Positions 1 through 12,400 of a stretch of DNA of 64,000 nucleotides are shown here, piece after piece. The stretch covers positions 19,406,001 through 19,470,000 of the forward strand of contig OX597830.1 of assembly GCA_951406725.2 (NCBI GenBank), read 5' to 3'. The position numbers and the translations under genes are program-made. A model generated the notes under the pieces. That model searched no databases and was not told the DNA's origin. It saw nothing but the letters and a program-made list of their open reading frames with translations. The stretch is from Octopus vulgaris. Lineage: Eukaryota. The stretch's first letter is position 1, and each line of letters begins with the position of its first letter.

Positions 1-197
1 TCTCAATAATAGTAACGACGTTGATGACGATGGTTATATTAATGAAGATGGAGGTGGGGATGATGAGAAAGTGACGATGGTGGTGTTGAAGATGATGTCA
101 ATGATGACGGTAATGGCAGTGAAGTTTATTACATGATTATCAAAATATTTTCCTATTTTCTGCATGTAGGTTCTTGCATTTTATCTGGAGCGATGTA

Positions 198-480
198 GTT
201 TGTCCACCGATGCGACGAAGACCATCTAGTAATCCTGGGGTGGGGGTGGACTTGTTTTGTGAGTCTACAGATGGCTAGTGAGGCCAATCTGCGTCCGAAA
301 GAGTCTTTGACAGTGTGGACAGGGAATGGTAGTGTCTGCTACAGGGTTGTTAGCTCTGTTCTCCCTGGCTTGTCTGCGGTCTTCTGCAGCAGTGATCCTA
401 TTGGTCTTGCATGTGTTGGCACCCTTGTGGACAGCTGATATGGGTCTCAAATGCTGATAGAACGCCAGCAATGTTATGTA
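198..480 (-). mobile_element. RTE/BovB-type LINE 3' end fragment
   Basis: C-terminal zinc-finger-like PCPHCQRLFRTQIGLTSHL followed by a short 3' UTR. Confidence 0.75.
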
Positions 481-750
481 CTGGAGTCAATCTGATCAGT
501 TATACCTGTTCTCCAAAATGTGAGGCCTTGGGAAACATTATCATATGGGAAGGATCTAGATAGAATATTCCATTTCATATAAATTTGTTTATTATAAAGA
601 TAGTGAAGAAAGGAAGAGAGGAGAGAAAATTACTTCTGGTTCTGATGTCTTGTTTACATAGGTAGTTCATCATCTCACTTGTTGAAAAGAATATCTAACA
701 ATTACTCTACATACGTGCGTGTGTGTATATATACGTGCGTGTATGTATAC

Positions 751-804
<54 letters not shown>

Positions 805-1326
805 GTATATCTGTAAGTTTTATCATCTTATATTATTCTACTGGATTTGGAAAATTGTTGGCAGATTAATTCAGAATTTGATCTTTATAATGCTATTCTC
901 GTATACTTGTATTTACTGTTATATACATCATTATATTAGAATTAATATTAATTACATATCACAAATAAGATGTTTTCATTATACTATTATACTAAATGAA
1001 TAAATGTATTAATACTTCCATTTCATTTATTAATTAATTGATGATAATTGTAATAACGATAACAATTATAATAGATAATTAGTTTTATTTCACTTAATAA
1101 ATAAATTTAATAACCAAAATATTATAGTATTGTATAGTTTATACGTTATATTATTATTACAACAATATTATTTTGTTAATTCTCAAAGAATTATAAAATT
1201 TGTATATACACTATTTAGAGTCACTTAATTCAAAAATAACAATATTAGTTATTTTTATTGTGAGAAATCCTTAATACTTGTTTTGTTATATTACTTAATT
1301 TACTTATCTACAGAGTTCTCTCTTCC

Positions 1327-1380
<54 letters not shown>

Positions 1381-1381
<1 letters not shown>

Positions 1382-1934
1382 TGGGCTGTCTGGAAAGTTT
1401 GTGCCGATTTTTAAAGGAAAGAAAAAGGTCAATAAATACTTGCCATTACATTTTTAATCAATTAAATACGAACGATTTTGTTACACAATGCATCTCCATC
1501 TTTCCTTTAACTTGAAACTACCCTCTTCCAAGAATTCAGGGGGTTTCATGGCAAAGAATTCATCAAGGTATCTTTTTACGTCATCCAAGGAATTGAAATT
1601 TTTACTATTAAGACTATTCTTCAGAGACCTGAATAAGTGGAAATCTGGAGGAGCAATATCTGGTGAATATGGAAGGTGGGGTAACACATCCCAGCTGAGC
1701 TGCAGCAATTTTTGCCTGGCTCCCAAAGCATCAAGTGCCGAAAATGAACTTCCTTATCTTCCATTTTAAAGGGTTACAGAATTAACACAGGTTATTGGAA
1801 CATAAACCTTCTTCCACGAAAAGATAGCTTAAACTGTGCTTTAAATGGAGGTGTAGTCAAATCCTATTTTATGGACTCAACCATGTTCTAAAATAAGTCG
1901 AAAGGTAAGCTTCTATAAATCGGCACGAACCCAA
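1381..1934 (-). mobile_element. Internally deleted mariner transposon
   Basis: TIRs ttgggctgtctggaaagtttgtgccgattt / aaatcggcacgaac..ccaa with TA flanks; ORF has LPHLPYSPDIAPPDFHLFRSL (YSPDLAP motif). Confidence 0.88.
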
Positions 1935-2017
1935 TATATATATAAACGTTTGTGATATTGTATGTTGTTGTTACTGTATTTACTGTTACAATAAATATCT
2001 CATCTTGTAATCTTTAG

Positions 2018-2114
2018 ACTGACTTACGCTGCAGCCAGAGAGGGTCATCTCCCACAGGTTCTCTCCTATCTTCACATCAGGACGAAAACTCCAGTTATCT
2101 CCCTTATATTCTCA
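2018..2114 (+). CDS. SLC7A9: SLC7A9/b(0,+)AT-like amino acid transporter, gene A, internal exon (97 nt)
   Basis: tctttag acceptor and gtaagt donor; translates (R)LTYAAAREGHLPQVLSYLHIRTKTPVISLIFS with the SLC7 AREGHLP motif; ends in phase 0, matching the next exon. Not in the ORF track. Confidence 0.92.
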
Positions 2115-2241
2115 GTAAGTCAATCATATGATACCTCTGTATTCTCAGATGTTCATTCTATTGTGTTGTTAAATTATGTGTGTATATACATACATATATA
2201 CATGCATACATATGCGTGTGAGTGAGTGATTAAGTGTATGT

Positions 2242-2284
<43 letters not shown>

Positions 2285-2685
2285 CGAGAGAGAGAAAGAG
2301 GGAGTGAAAATAAAGAAATTCCTGGGCGCTGGAAGGCTGAGAACACAGCTTAGAAAATCAGGTAAATGCCCTTAGAAGTGACCAGCAAGGCTCCACTTGG
2401 TATTTGCTGCCTTGTAAAGGTGTTGATCCAATTTTCTAAGCTGTCTTCACAATCTTCCTGCATTCACAAATTCCTTTATATTCTATAGAATATCAACACA
2501 CTTGGGGCTTATAAGTTTGTTTACAATGTATGTGTGTATGTATGCATGCGTATGGTAAAGCTTTAACATGTAGAAAAACACTTGATCAGTGAAGTGATTA
2601 AAGATAATCTTTAAAAAAATATCCCCACAAATCTTGTAATTACAGCTACCCAGGGCGAAATAATAATTTATCAATAATGAGACCT

Positions 2686-3069
2686 ATTGAGTCAAGGACA
2701 TCAACATCTGCATCAAAATAAAAATCAAATGGAAGTTGTAGTTATGATACCCGTGCCAGTGGAACGCAAATAGCACCATGCGAACGTGGCTGATGCCAGC
2801 GCTGCCTGATTGGCGTCCATGTCGGTGATACATAAAAAGCACCAACCGATCGTGGCTGTTTGCCAGACTCCTCTGGCCCCTGTGCTGGTGGCACATAAAA
2901 AGCACCCACTACACTCACGGAGTGGTTGGCGTTAGGAAGGGCATCCAGCTGTAGAAACACTGCCAGATCAGACTGGAGCCTGGCGCAGCTTCCTGTGTTC
3001 CTAGACCCCGGTCGAACCATCCAACCCATGCTAGCATGGAAAACGAACGTTAAACGATGATGATGATGA
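2686..3069 (+). mobile_element. RTE LINE 3' UTR fragment ending in (GAT)n
   Basis: Homologous to the 3' UTR attached to the RT ORF at 21965-23540; internal tandem aaaagcacc units and (gat)n tail. Confidence 0.8.
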
Positions 3070-3190
3070 ATTCATTCCACTACTTATTAATATGAAAACA
3101 AGACCGTTTGTCAGTTTGAGTAAAAAACAATTAAACGAGAGACAATTGAAAAGAAGACAAGAAAGAAAGCCCCAAGAAAGATAACCAATG

Positions 3191-3544
3191 TTACACTAAT
3201 TCAATGTCAAACAGACGTAAACCAGTTGTCAATAGTTTACTATGTGTCCGGTGGACTACCTTTAAATTCCGACAAGATGTGTCCTGAAATACGGGCATAC
3301 CAGAAAAATCTCGTTCCTTGAACTTATGTATTTGGTTGGAAGTTTTCAAGCTTTTTAATAGATTCAATTTTTCAATAGAACACACAGAAGGTTTTTTAGA
3401 CCCTGTTAATATAGGGTTTGGATTTGTATCGAAATTGGTCCTTTCGTCTTTAAGTTTCCAGATTAAAATCGAAAGGGTTATTGAATCCCTCTTATCACGG
3501 TATATAAAGTTTGAAAGATAAATGTAGGTAGAAGGTCCTTGCAC
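3191..3544 (-). mobile_element. Degenerate Penelope-like GIY-YIG endonuclease remnant
   Basis: SITLSILIWKLKDE...CSIEK resembles TTKLSSHIWSLKDK...CDMER in the PLE ORF at 36363-36881. Confidence 0.5.
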
Positions 3545-3574
3545 TTAGTAGATATCCACTTTCCTAGCACCCTT

Positions 3575-3795
3575 TTAAAGCCTAGCCGGGCTCATGGGCC
3601 TGGTTTCAATGGCGTATGTGTTCTCCAGTTGGACGGGACACCATTCCATCGCAGCGTTACTCATTTTTGCCAGCTGAGTGGACTGGAGCAACATGAAATG
3701 AAGTGTTTTGCTCAAGTACACAATGCGTCGCCCGGTCCAGGAATCGAAACCACAATCTTACGATCAAGATGCTTGACACTCTAACCACTAGAACC
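3575..3795 (-). mobile_element. tRNA-derived SINE, family 2 (ccagtccactcagctggc core)
   Basis: A/B-box-like head on the minus strand; related copies near 10195-10520, 25465-25585, 44180-44310, 55972-56205. Confidence 0.7.
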
Positions 3796-4320
3796 CATAG
3801 ACACAGTAAAATCTTTAACAGACACACAATAAAAGTTTCTTTTTTATGTCCTGTGAATGCCAAGTCGTATATCAATAAGTAACAGATGACTCAAACCTGC
3901 CCTGGCTGAACATGTAAAGACAAATCTCAATTACCTCTTGGACAGGACTGTGATACATCTTCTGTTGTTTACGAAGTTTGGCTTGTTGTATGTCTCCACT
4001 GTCCTGTTTTTGTTACCAACTTTGACCCTCCACAAATCCCAAATTTTATTTTGGTTCACGGGAGCAACTGCCTGTCGAAGCCTCATATTGTTGTTAATTG
4101 CTCGAAATGAGGAGTTGATTGACAGCCAACAACTGATGAAGGGTTGTTCTTTATGTTACTTGTCTTGTTTACCATTTGTTCCTCTCGTTGTTTACATAGC
4201 CAAGTTCGTCTGCGTATTTCATGTTGTTTACGTTTTTTGACGTCCTATACCCATACATACACACACACACACACACACAACACACACACATATATGTACG
4301 TATATGTATGCATATGTGAA

Positions 4321-4365
<45 letters not shown>

Positions 4366-4424
4366 CAAGAGTAGTGTTCACAAATTTCAGGAAGCATGGA
4401 GTTTTTGAAGGATGAATTGTCCTG

Positions 4425-4960
4425 ACCGAGAACACCGGAGGTCTCACCTATCACAGGCTCAATCATAAACCTGTCGGAGAGTGACCTATACTTTGACGGT
4501 TTGTTTTTCTTAGCTTGACGACTAACAGAGCCTGGGCTGGTAGCTGACAACACAGGGGAAGGTGTCACAGCTTGTGGCATCCCAGATGAGGGACCTACCA
4601 ACACGAAACAGGAAAATTGTCATACCATCCAGCCTTTTACCATCCCCTCAGTCTTGCCCTGCAGATTCGAGCTGGAAAGGGAAGCCTGTGGCATTTAGGC
4701 CCTGATTTACGATCTTGTTAAGGGTGGCATAGAAAGTGGTCAGCACTATGACGGCAGGACAGTGGAGTGAGGTTGAAAGAATCCACTGTGGATCCGAAGC
4801 AGCATCCATGAGGCTCTCAGATCTGGAGACCAAGCCTCAAGGAAATGCCAATGCACTGGTAGTCATTATCAAGCTGAGTGCCAGTTGCAAGTGATGGCAC
4901 CGCATTGAGCCAAGCTCTGCTGTGAGGCTTGAAAGCTGAATGGAAATAAGCTGGATGGTT
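4425..4960 (-). mobile_element. CRE-clade non-LTR retrotransposon fragment (zinc knuckle and restriction-like endonuclease)
   Basis: Across frameshifts: LSCRHS..ATLNKIVNQGL..GDGKRLDGMT..GRSLIWDATSCDT..KYRSLSDRFMIEPVIGETSGVLG. Confidence 0.72.
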
Positions 4961-5489
4961 ATGGTCAGGTCTTGAATAAACCATTGCACCTTATATATAC
5001 ACGGGTATGGCGATGGAAACAAGGAAAATAGAACTCAAAATATAGGTATATGTGTATTTTTATTAATATTTAGCAGAAGCAGCAGAGTGACTCAAGTGCC
5101 GAAAGTTTTGTGACTGATAAGTGCCAACACATGAATCTCTTGGTCCCTGAGTCATTCTGTTCCCTCTGCTAAATATCAATATATATAAGTAATGATTTTC
5201 CTTTCTGGTACACACCTTGTAGTGTGCTGTTCAAAGCCTCAAAGCCCCTTCACAGTTCCTTGTATAAATGTGCAGCACACGACAACTTCTAAAATGGATT
5301 GATATGTAAATAAGTGAAACAGCAAATAAAGAATTATATACCTTGTGACAAGTTATATGAGGTGACACATATGTACCTATGATGCACCACAACTGTTTGC
5401 ACGGGATCTCACCTGTGAGGTACCAGTGCACGGAGTGAGTAGACAAACGTAAGAAAGGCACCCACCATGGCAAGGGACGACTATCAGAA

Positions 5490-5529
<40 letters not shown>

Positions 5530-5532
<3 letters not shown>

Positions 5533-7990
5533 TTGAGACAAAACCACTATTTTGCAAAACAAACAAGGAAAGACTTAATCAATACATAAAATTTTAATAA
5601 AAAGTCAAAAAAACCGCCACTACAATTGTTTCTTGTCTTGATCGACAATCTTCAGGTGGACTTCCAATCTAAAATATCAATATTTTAAAATATAAAAATA
5701 ATAATTTAAAAATAATTAAAGTATTAATGAAAAAATATAAATATATAATCTATTTATAACCTATATATAATCCATATATAATCAATATATAAACAATATA
5801 TAAACTAAAATAAACCTATCAACAATTAAATATAAAATATAAAATATAAAATATAAAATATAAAACAAAACAAAAAATAAACTATATATACACCCATACA
5901 CATATAACTAATTATATATAACCATATCTAAACACATACACTAAATCATACACCTATATATATATCCCTATACATACACATAAAAACGTCTAGGCAACGA
6001 TAAATAAATAAAATAGCTAAATACTTCAACACAATACTTATTCATACTCCCTCACACACACATACAACCCACATTCCCGCTCTAGAAACGGACATCACTT
6101 AAAATTATGAACGGAGAAATGGAATAAATGGAATTAAAAATTATATTCACTTGGTAAAACGAACACTACTTAAAAATTATGAATGAAATAATGCAATAAA
6201 ACAACAGACATCGCAAATAGACACAAATTACTACGAATTCCTTAACAAAACTACCATGATAAACCAAAACTCATAAAAACATATAATGATAAAATCTCCC
6301 TTTACTAAACTCTATAACGTACCTATATAGCAATCCCCCTAACCTAAACATTCACACACAAATACACACACGTAAACCACACACCCACGACATATACAAA
6401 TACCCACCCCACTTACACATACCTATACATACATATAAACCTCAACATATACTCCAAAAACCCACTCAACCCCACACAGACAAATAAACACATACATCCC
6501 CAAACCTAAATAGCAAACCCATAAACACATTCACACACAAATGTACATACGTAAAACACACACCATATACATATACATACTCACCAAACTCGACACATAC
6601 AACAATATTAACACACCCACATTCATACAGATAAACAAACTACACAACCAAAATGCGCACACACTCACACACAATCCCACATACATAAACACTCCAAAGA
6701 AAAACAACATTATTACACATAATACGATATATAAAATACATCGTAAGTAACCAGAATATCAAAAATAACAATATGACATAAAGAGAAATAATATACATAC
6801 TTTCAAGTCAGTTTCAAATTATGAAGTGAAATTAAATTCTAATCCGTTAAAAACATCAAACCAAATTACGTTACCATAGGAACATAACTTATGTATAAAA
6901 AGAATACGCGCTATGGAAGCAAACCTCACTTAAAATTATGAATGGAGAAATAGAATAAATGGAATTAAAAATTGTATACACGCGGTAAACCAACATTATT
7001 TAAAAAAAAAAATTATTTAAAAAAATTATGAATGGATTCTTTTATAAAACTACCATGATAAACTAAAACTCACAAAAACATAAATGATAAAACCTCCCTT
7101 TACTAAACCCTATAACATACTTATATAGCAATCCCTTTAACCTATACATTCACACACAAATACACACACGTAAACCACACACCCATAACAAATACAAACA
7201 CCCACCCCACTCACACACACCCACAAGTACATATAAGCCTCAACATATACACCAAACAAAATTACGTTACCAAGGAACTTAACATATGTATAAAAAGTAT
7301 ACAAAGTATTCCCGCTCTGGAAACGAACATCTTTTAAAATTATGAATGGAAAAATGGAATAAATGGAATTAAAAATAATATTCACGTGGCAAAACGAACA
7401 CCACTCAAAAATTATGAATGAAACAATGTAATAAAACAACAAACATCGTAAATAGACAAATTACCACAAATTCCCTAAAAAAACCATGATAAAACAAAAA
7501 CTCATAAAAACATATAACGATAAAATCTCCCTTTGCTAAACTCAATAACAAACCTATATAGCAATCCCCCTAACCTAAACATTCACACACAAATACACAC
7601 ACGTAAACCACAGACCCAAGACTTATACAAATACCCACCTCACTCACACATACCTATACTAACTTATAAACATCAATATACACCAAAAACCCACTCCCTC
7701 CCCACACAGACAAATTAACACATACATCCCCAAACCTATATAACAAACCCATATACACATTCACACACAAACACACACACACGCAAAACACACACACAAC
7801 AGATACATATACTCCCTCACATATACGCAAATACATACTCACTAAACTCGATATATACAACAATATTTACACACCCACACTCATACGGGAAAGTTTACGA
7901 AAATAAACAAAAGACGAAGGCAGGTGGAGTACAAACAAACAAATGTATTAGTATAGCGCTCAGGAATAGAAATAGAAAAAGTCTTATGTA
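5530..7990 (-). mobile_element. Non-autonomous PLE-derived element with hammerhead and internal triplication
   Basis: Starts right after (TA)n; hammerhead at 5617-5659; diverged direct repeats at about 6073-6620, 6910-7260 and 7308-7880. Right boundary uncertain. Confidence 0.55.
5617..5659 (-). ncRNA. Minimal type I hammerhead ribozyme, intact core
   Basis: Minus strand reads CCAC-CUGAAGA-UUGUC gaucaa GACAA-GAAAC-AAUU-GUA-GUGG: perfect stems I and II, palindromic loop 3, GUA cleavage triplet. Confidence 0.85.
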
Positions 7991-8613
7991 TGTATAAAGA
8001 AGTGTTATGGGTGGTCATAGAGGCGATACATCAGAGTCGCCTATGCTGCTAAGCACTTTATAGGTACGAAACCAATGGTCACTTTATGACCAGCCCCGTA
8101 ACATTTAACTTCTTACAAAATATATTCCTGCTATAATGCTTTAGAATGTGTCTCATTTTCAGATATATGAACGACTGATTATATAAAGAGGGAGAGAGAG
8201 AATGTGTATGTGTGTAACATATGATGTACATACTGTACACTTTTTGCTCCCCAAACATGCAAATCTATCAAAATTTGCAAGCGTTTAGTGAATTTTCTTA
8301 CCCAGTTTTATTGAATGATTGTATTTCATGTTTTAGTTCTGTTTGCTGAAATATGTGATGCCATATCCAGTCCCTGTTTTGGAACCAATGAGGGAGCCTC
8401 ATGTCTCCTCCAAATCTCAAATCTCTCTCTAATGAACTTTAAATAAAATCTGTATCAGAAAAAATATATTAACTGGTAAAAGAAATAAAAGAAACAAAAT
8501 TGAACAGCTTCGTCATGGATGGAGCTCCTTTGTTTCCATGTCTGTTCCAAACAATTATAACATCCCATTGTACTAGAACTGTCCTAATACTGAATTCTTT
8601 GCTTTATCTACAG

Positions 8614-8763
8614 GCAATAATTGCTTTGATCATGATAATACCAGGAGAAATATCTTCACTAATTGATTTCTTCAGTTTTACTGCCTGGCTTTTCTATGGA
8701 CTGGCTTTCCTGTCGCTTATAGTAATGAGGTTTACAAAGAAAGATGAGCCCAGACCTTTCAAG
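8614..8763 (+). CDS. SLC7A9: SLC7A9-like transporter gene A, internal exon (150 nt)
   Basis: ctacag acceptor, gtaagt donor; [50 protein letters not shown] (TM9-TM10, closely resembling b(0,+)AT). Confidence 0.93.
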
Positions 8764-8776
8764 GTAAGTAGACAAT

Positions 8777-8836
<60 letters not shown>

Positions 8837-9200
8837 CACACACACACACATACACGCACATGCAGACGTGGATATATTTCTTGTTACCAATCCTCACCTG
8901 TTTTTGAAGCAAGATAATATTTCCCTATGGGCAGATATATTTCCACGGAACATTAGGAATAAATAACACTGCTTGGATGACAGGGATGCTCATTTACAAA
9001 TATCATGTTATCGAGACGAAGAGACACACACACACATGCATATGAAATCGATGAGAGTATTTACATACATTGGTGCAGTGAGTAAAGTCAGAATAACAAA
9101 AGAGTACTTCTGTAGACTATGGGATATATGAAACTCAGAGATGTCTGCATTTAACAAAACCATATGTCATAATGCTTTTGTAGTACCAGTGCTAGTGCCA

Positions 9201-9257
<57 letters not shown>

Positions 9258-9425
9258 GTTTGGAGATGATGTACAGGTATTTTATATTAGAAGAAATGAG
9301 GTACTCAGAAATTCGAATGGTTTTATATTTACAGATATTTATTTGTATATTACATGTTTTTATACATCATATAACTTATATCATATATTAGCGCTTTCTC
9401 CCATTCTAGTGGGGTTTTAAAATCG

Positions 9426-9487
<62 letters not shown>

Positions 9488-9739
9488 TCACACACATACC
9501 CACGAATGAGCAGATAACTGAAAGAAAGGCACTCAACACATTTACTGGAAGTTATGAGGCTGGTTGCAGCAAGCTGCTGGTGTCTATCAACCTTTGTCAT
9601 GCCTGTCCGCCAGACGTTTCCCCCCTTATGTGAGATGAAGTGATGGTGGCAGAGGCAGAAGGTCAGTGAAAACAGCCTTTGAATGTCGCATTGCATCATT
9701 TAGACAATACCTGCTGATCAGTAAAGAAGGAACTGAGCA

Positions 9740-9975
9740 CATACATACAAATATATACATACATACAAATATATACATACATACAAATATATACATACAT
9801 ACAAATATATACATACATACAAATATATACATACATACAGATATAAACATACATACAAATATATACATACATACAAATATATACATACATACAAATATAA
9901 ACATACATACAGATATAAACATACATACAAATATATACATACATACAAATATATACATACATACAAATATATGCA
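9740..9975. repeat. 18-bp minisatellite (atacatacaaatatatac)n, about 13 copies
   Basis: Directly visible; source of the repetitive IHTNIY/CMYIFV ORFs. Confidence 0.9.
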
Positions 9976-10194
9976 TACATGGCGAGCTTCTTTCAGTCTC
10001 TGATTGAACTTGGTAAAACTCACAAGGATTTGGTCATCCTGGATTGGTAGTAGAAGATACGTTCCTTGAATGCCATGCAGTGGGATTGAACCTGAAACCA
10101 CGTTTGTTGAGAAGTTTCTTAACCAGACAGCCACATATGTGCCTCGTGGTTACAAATCAAACTCCTTAATCGTTAAATCATGTTGTGTCCCTGT

Positions 10195-10520
10195 GAAGGA
10201 ACGTGGTTTAGTGGTTAGCGTATTTGGCTCACAATCGTAAGGTTGTAAGTTCGATTCCCGGCAGTGCTATGTGTCCTTGAGCAAAACCCTTTATTTCACA
10301 TTGCTCCAGTCCACTCAGCTGGCAAGAAATAAGTAATACCTGTATTTCAAAGGGGCCAACCTTGTCATATTCTTTGTCATGCAGAATCTCTCTGAGAACT
10401 ACGTTAAGGGTACGCATGTCTGTGGAGTATTCATCCACTTGCACGTGCAATTTCATGTGCAGCCTCTTCCATTGATTGGATCAACTGGAACACTCACCAT
10501 CATAACCGATGGAGCAACGG
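10195..10520 (+). mobile_element. tRNA-derived SINE, family 2
   Basis: tggtttagtgg A box, gttcgattcc B box, ccagtccactcagctggc core. Confidence 0.75.
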
Positions 10521-11110
10521 TAAGCAAGCTGTGTCCCTGCGTGTCATTGCTTTTCTGTTTATAGATTGCATTTTCAGAACACATGTTAGACATCTTTATA
10601 TTTAATTTTTTCTGAAATGGATTTTGTTATTAGACGTGGCCATACTGGGGCATTGCCTTGAAGAATTTTTAGTCCAATGTATTAATCTTAGAACTTGTTT
10701 TGCTTTCGAAACCTGATACTTATTCTATGAATCTCTTTTTCTAAACTGATAACTTATGGGAATGGAAGCACGAACACCAGTTGTCAAGCAGTGGTGGAGG
10801 GGAGGGGCAAACAGAGACACGAAGATATACACTTGACAACCAGTGTTGGTGTGCTTACATCCATGTAACATTGGCAAAATTGACTGATAGAATAAGGCCC
10901 AGGCTTAAGAAAATAAGCACAGGAGTTGAGTCATTGAACTAAAGTTCTCTCAGGCAGTGCCCCATCATGGCCACAGCCTAATGATTAAGACAAATACACG
11001 ATAAAAGATAAAACATTACAATTCTCATCAAATTTTTTAGCTGCTAATCCCTTTTGTTTTCAATGAAACCAAGATTAATTTTTTAAATTTCTCCTTTATC
11101 TTCTTTTAAG

Positions 11111-11279
11111 GTTTTCATCCTTGTACCAATTGTAATGCTCATCATCTCCGTATATCTGGTGGTAGCACCAATTGTACAAAATCCCGATTTGGGTTTCCTC
11201 TACGCCTTCCTTTTAATCATCGGAGGACTTATCTTCTATTTCATTTTTGTCCACTTCAAAGTTCAGTTGCCATGCATGG
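11111..11279 (+). CDS. SLC7A9: SLC7A9-like transporter gene A, penultimate coding exon (169 nt)
   Basis: ttttaag acceptor, gtaagt donor; VFILVPIVMLIISVYLVVAPIVQNPDLGFLYAFLLIIGGLIFYFIFVHFKVQLPCM (TM11-TM12), ends in phase 1. Confidence 0.92.
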
Positions 11280-11369
11280 GTAAGTGTGCCTTTTTTTTAC
11301 CTATCTTTTCTCATTCTTTTTCTTGTTTCTGTCATTTGGCTGTGGCCATTTTGGGGCACCACCTTTGAC

Positions 11370-11600
11370 TGAGGCCTGGCAAACCAGATGGCTGCACCAG
11401 ACTCCAATCTGATCTGGCAGAGTTTCTACAGCTGAATGTCCTTCCTAGCGCCAACCACTCTGAGAGTGTAGTGGTTGCTTTTACGTGCCACCGCCATGAG
11501 GGCCAGTCAGGCGGTACTGGCAACGGCCACGCTCAAATGGTGCTTCTTATGTGCCACCTGCACAGGAGCCAGTCCAGTGGCACTGGCAACGACCTTGCTT
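11370..11600 (-). mobile_element. RTE LINE 3' UTR fragment
   Basis: Reverse complement of the 2686-3069 family. Confidence 0.75.
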
Positions 11601-11992
11601 AAGTATAATACATAGATGGCTATTTTTACTAAATACTGCCTCAATTATATATACCGGTTTTATAATCACCGTGAGATCTTAGAATGCTGAACCTTACAAA
11701 GGAGGTGACAGAGGACTGGGATATGTGGTGCATTACTATACTCGAGAAGATACACCCACCACAACATAAATGAGATACTAAAACAAAGGTATCAGCATTG
11801 GTGTGGATGCTGGTGACACGTAAAAAACACCCTATACACTCTGTGTTAGTAGGCTTACAAAGAATAAGCTCTGGGGTCGATTTGCTCGACTATAAAGGCG
11901 GTACTCCGGCATGGCCGCAGTCAGCTGACTGAAACAAGTAAAAGTGTAAAGAGAGTATTACTTAATCTGTGTGTGTGTGTGTGCGTGTGAGT

Positions 11993-12062
<70 letters not shown>

Positions 12063-12111
12063 CAAGTGTACATCTATACTCATCCTATGTACTTATTTTT
12101 CTATATTTCAG

Positions 12112-12200
12112 AAGCCTTTACTGAATTTATTCAAAAGTTTGCGTGTGTTGCTCCATCAAAATATAAGCCACCTGACCATTCCGAAAACAACAAGCTTTAA
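12112..12200 (+). CDS. SLC7A9: SLC7A9-like transporter gene A, terminal coding exon
   Basis: tttcag acceptor, phase 1; EAFTEFIQKFACVAPSKYKPPDHSENNKL-stop, matching the SLC7 C-terminal T..(L/I)Q....V.P pattern. Confidence 0.88.
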
Positions 12201-12343
12201 GCATCAAAATTGGTAAAAACAAATATTCTGCCATTTGGAATTAAATTTTAATTCCATGAAAGTTTCAGGAAGAAAAAAAAAAGAAAAAAGAAAAAGCAAA
12301 TACTCAACAATATGAAAATGAAATGAATTTCTCTGGATAACTC

Positions 12344-12400
<57 letters not shown>

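Noticed and set aside
12189-12200. C-terminal NKL of gene A as a peroxisomal targeting signal
   Set aside because: PTS1 import applies to soluble matrix proteins, not 12-TM plasma-membrane transporters
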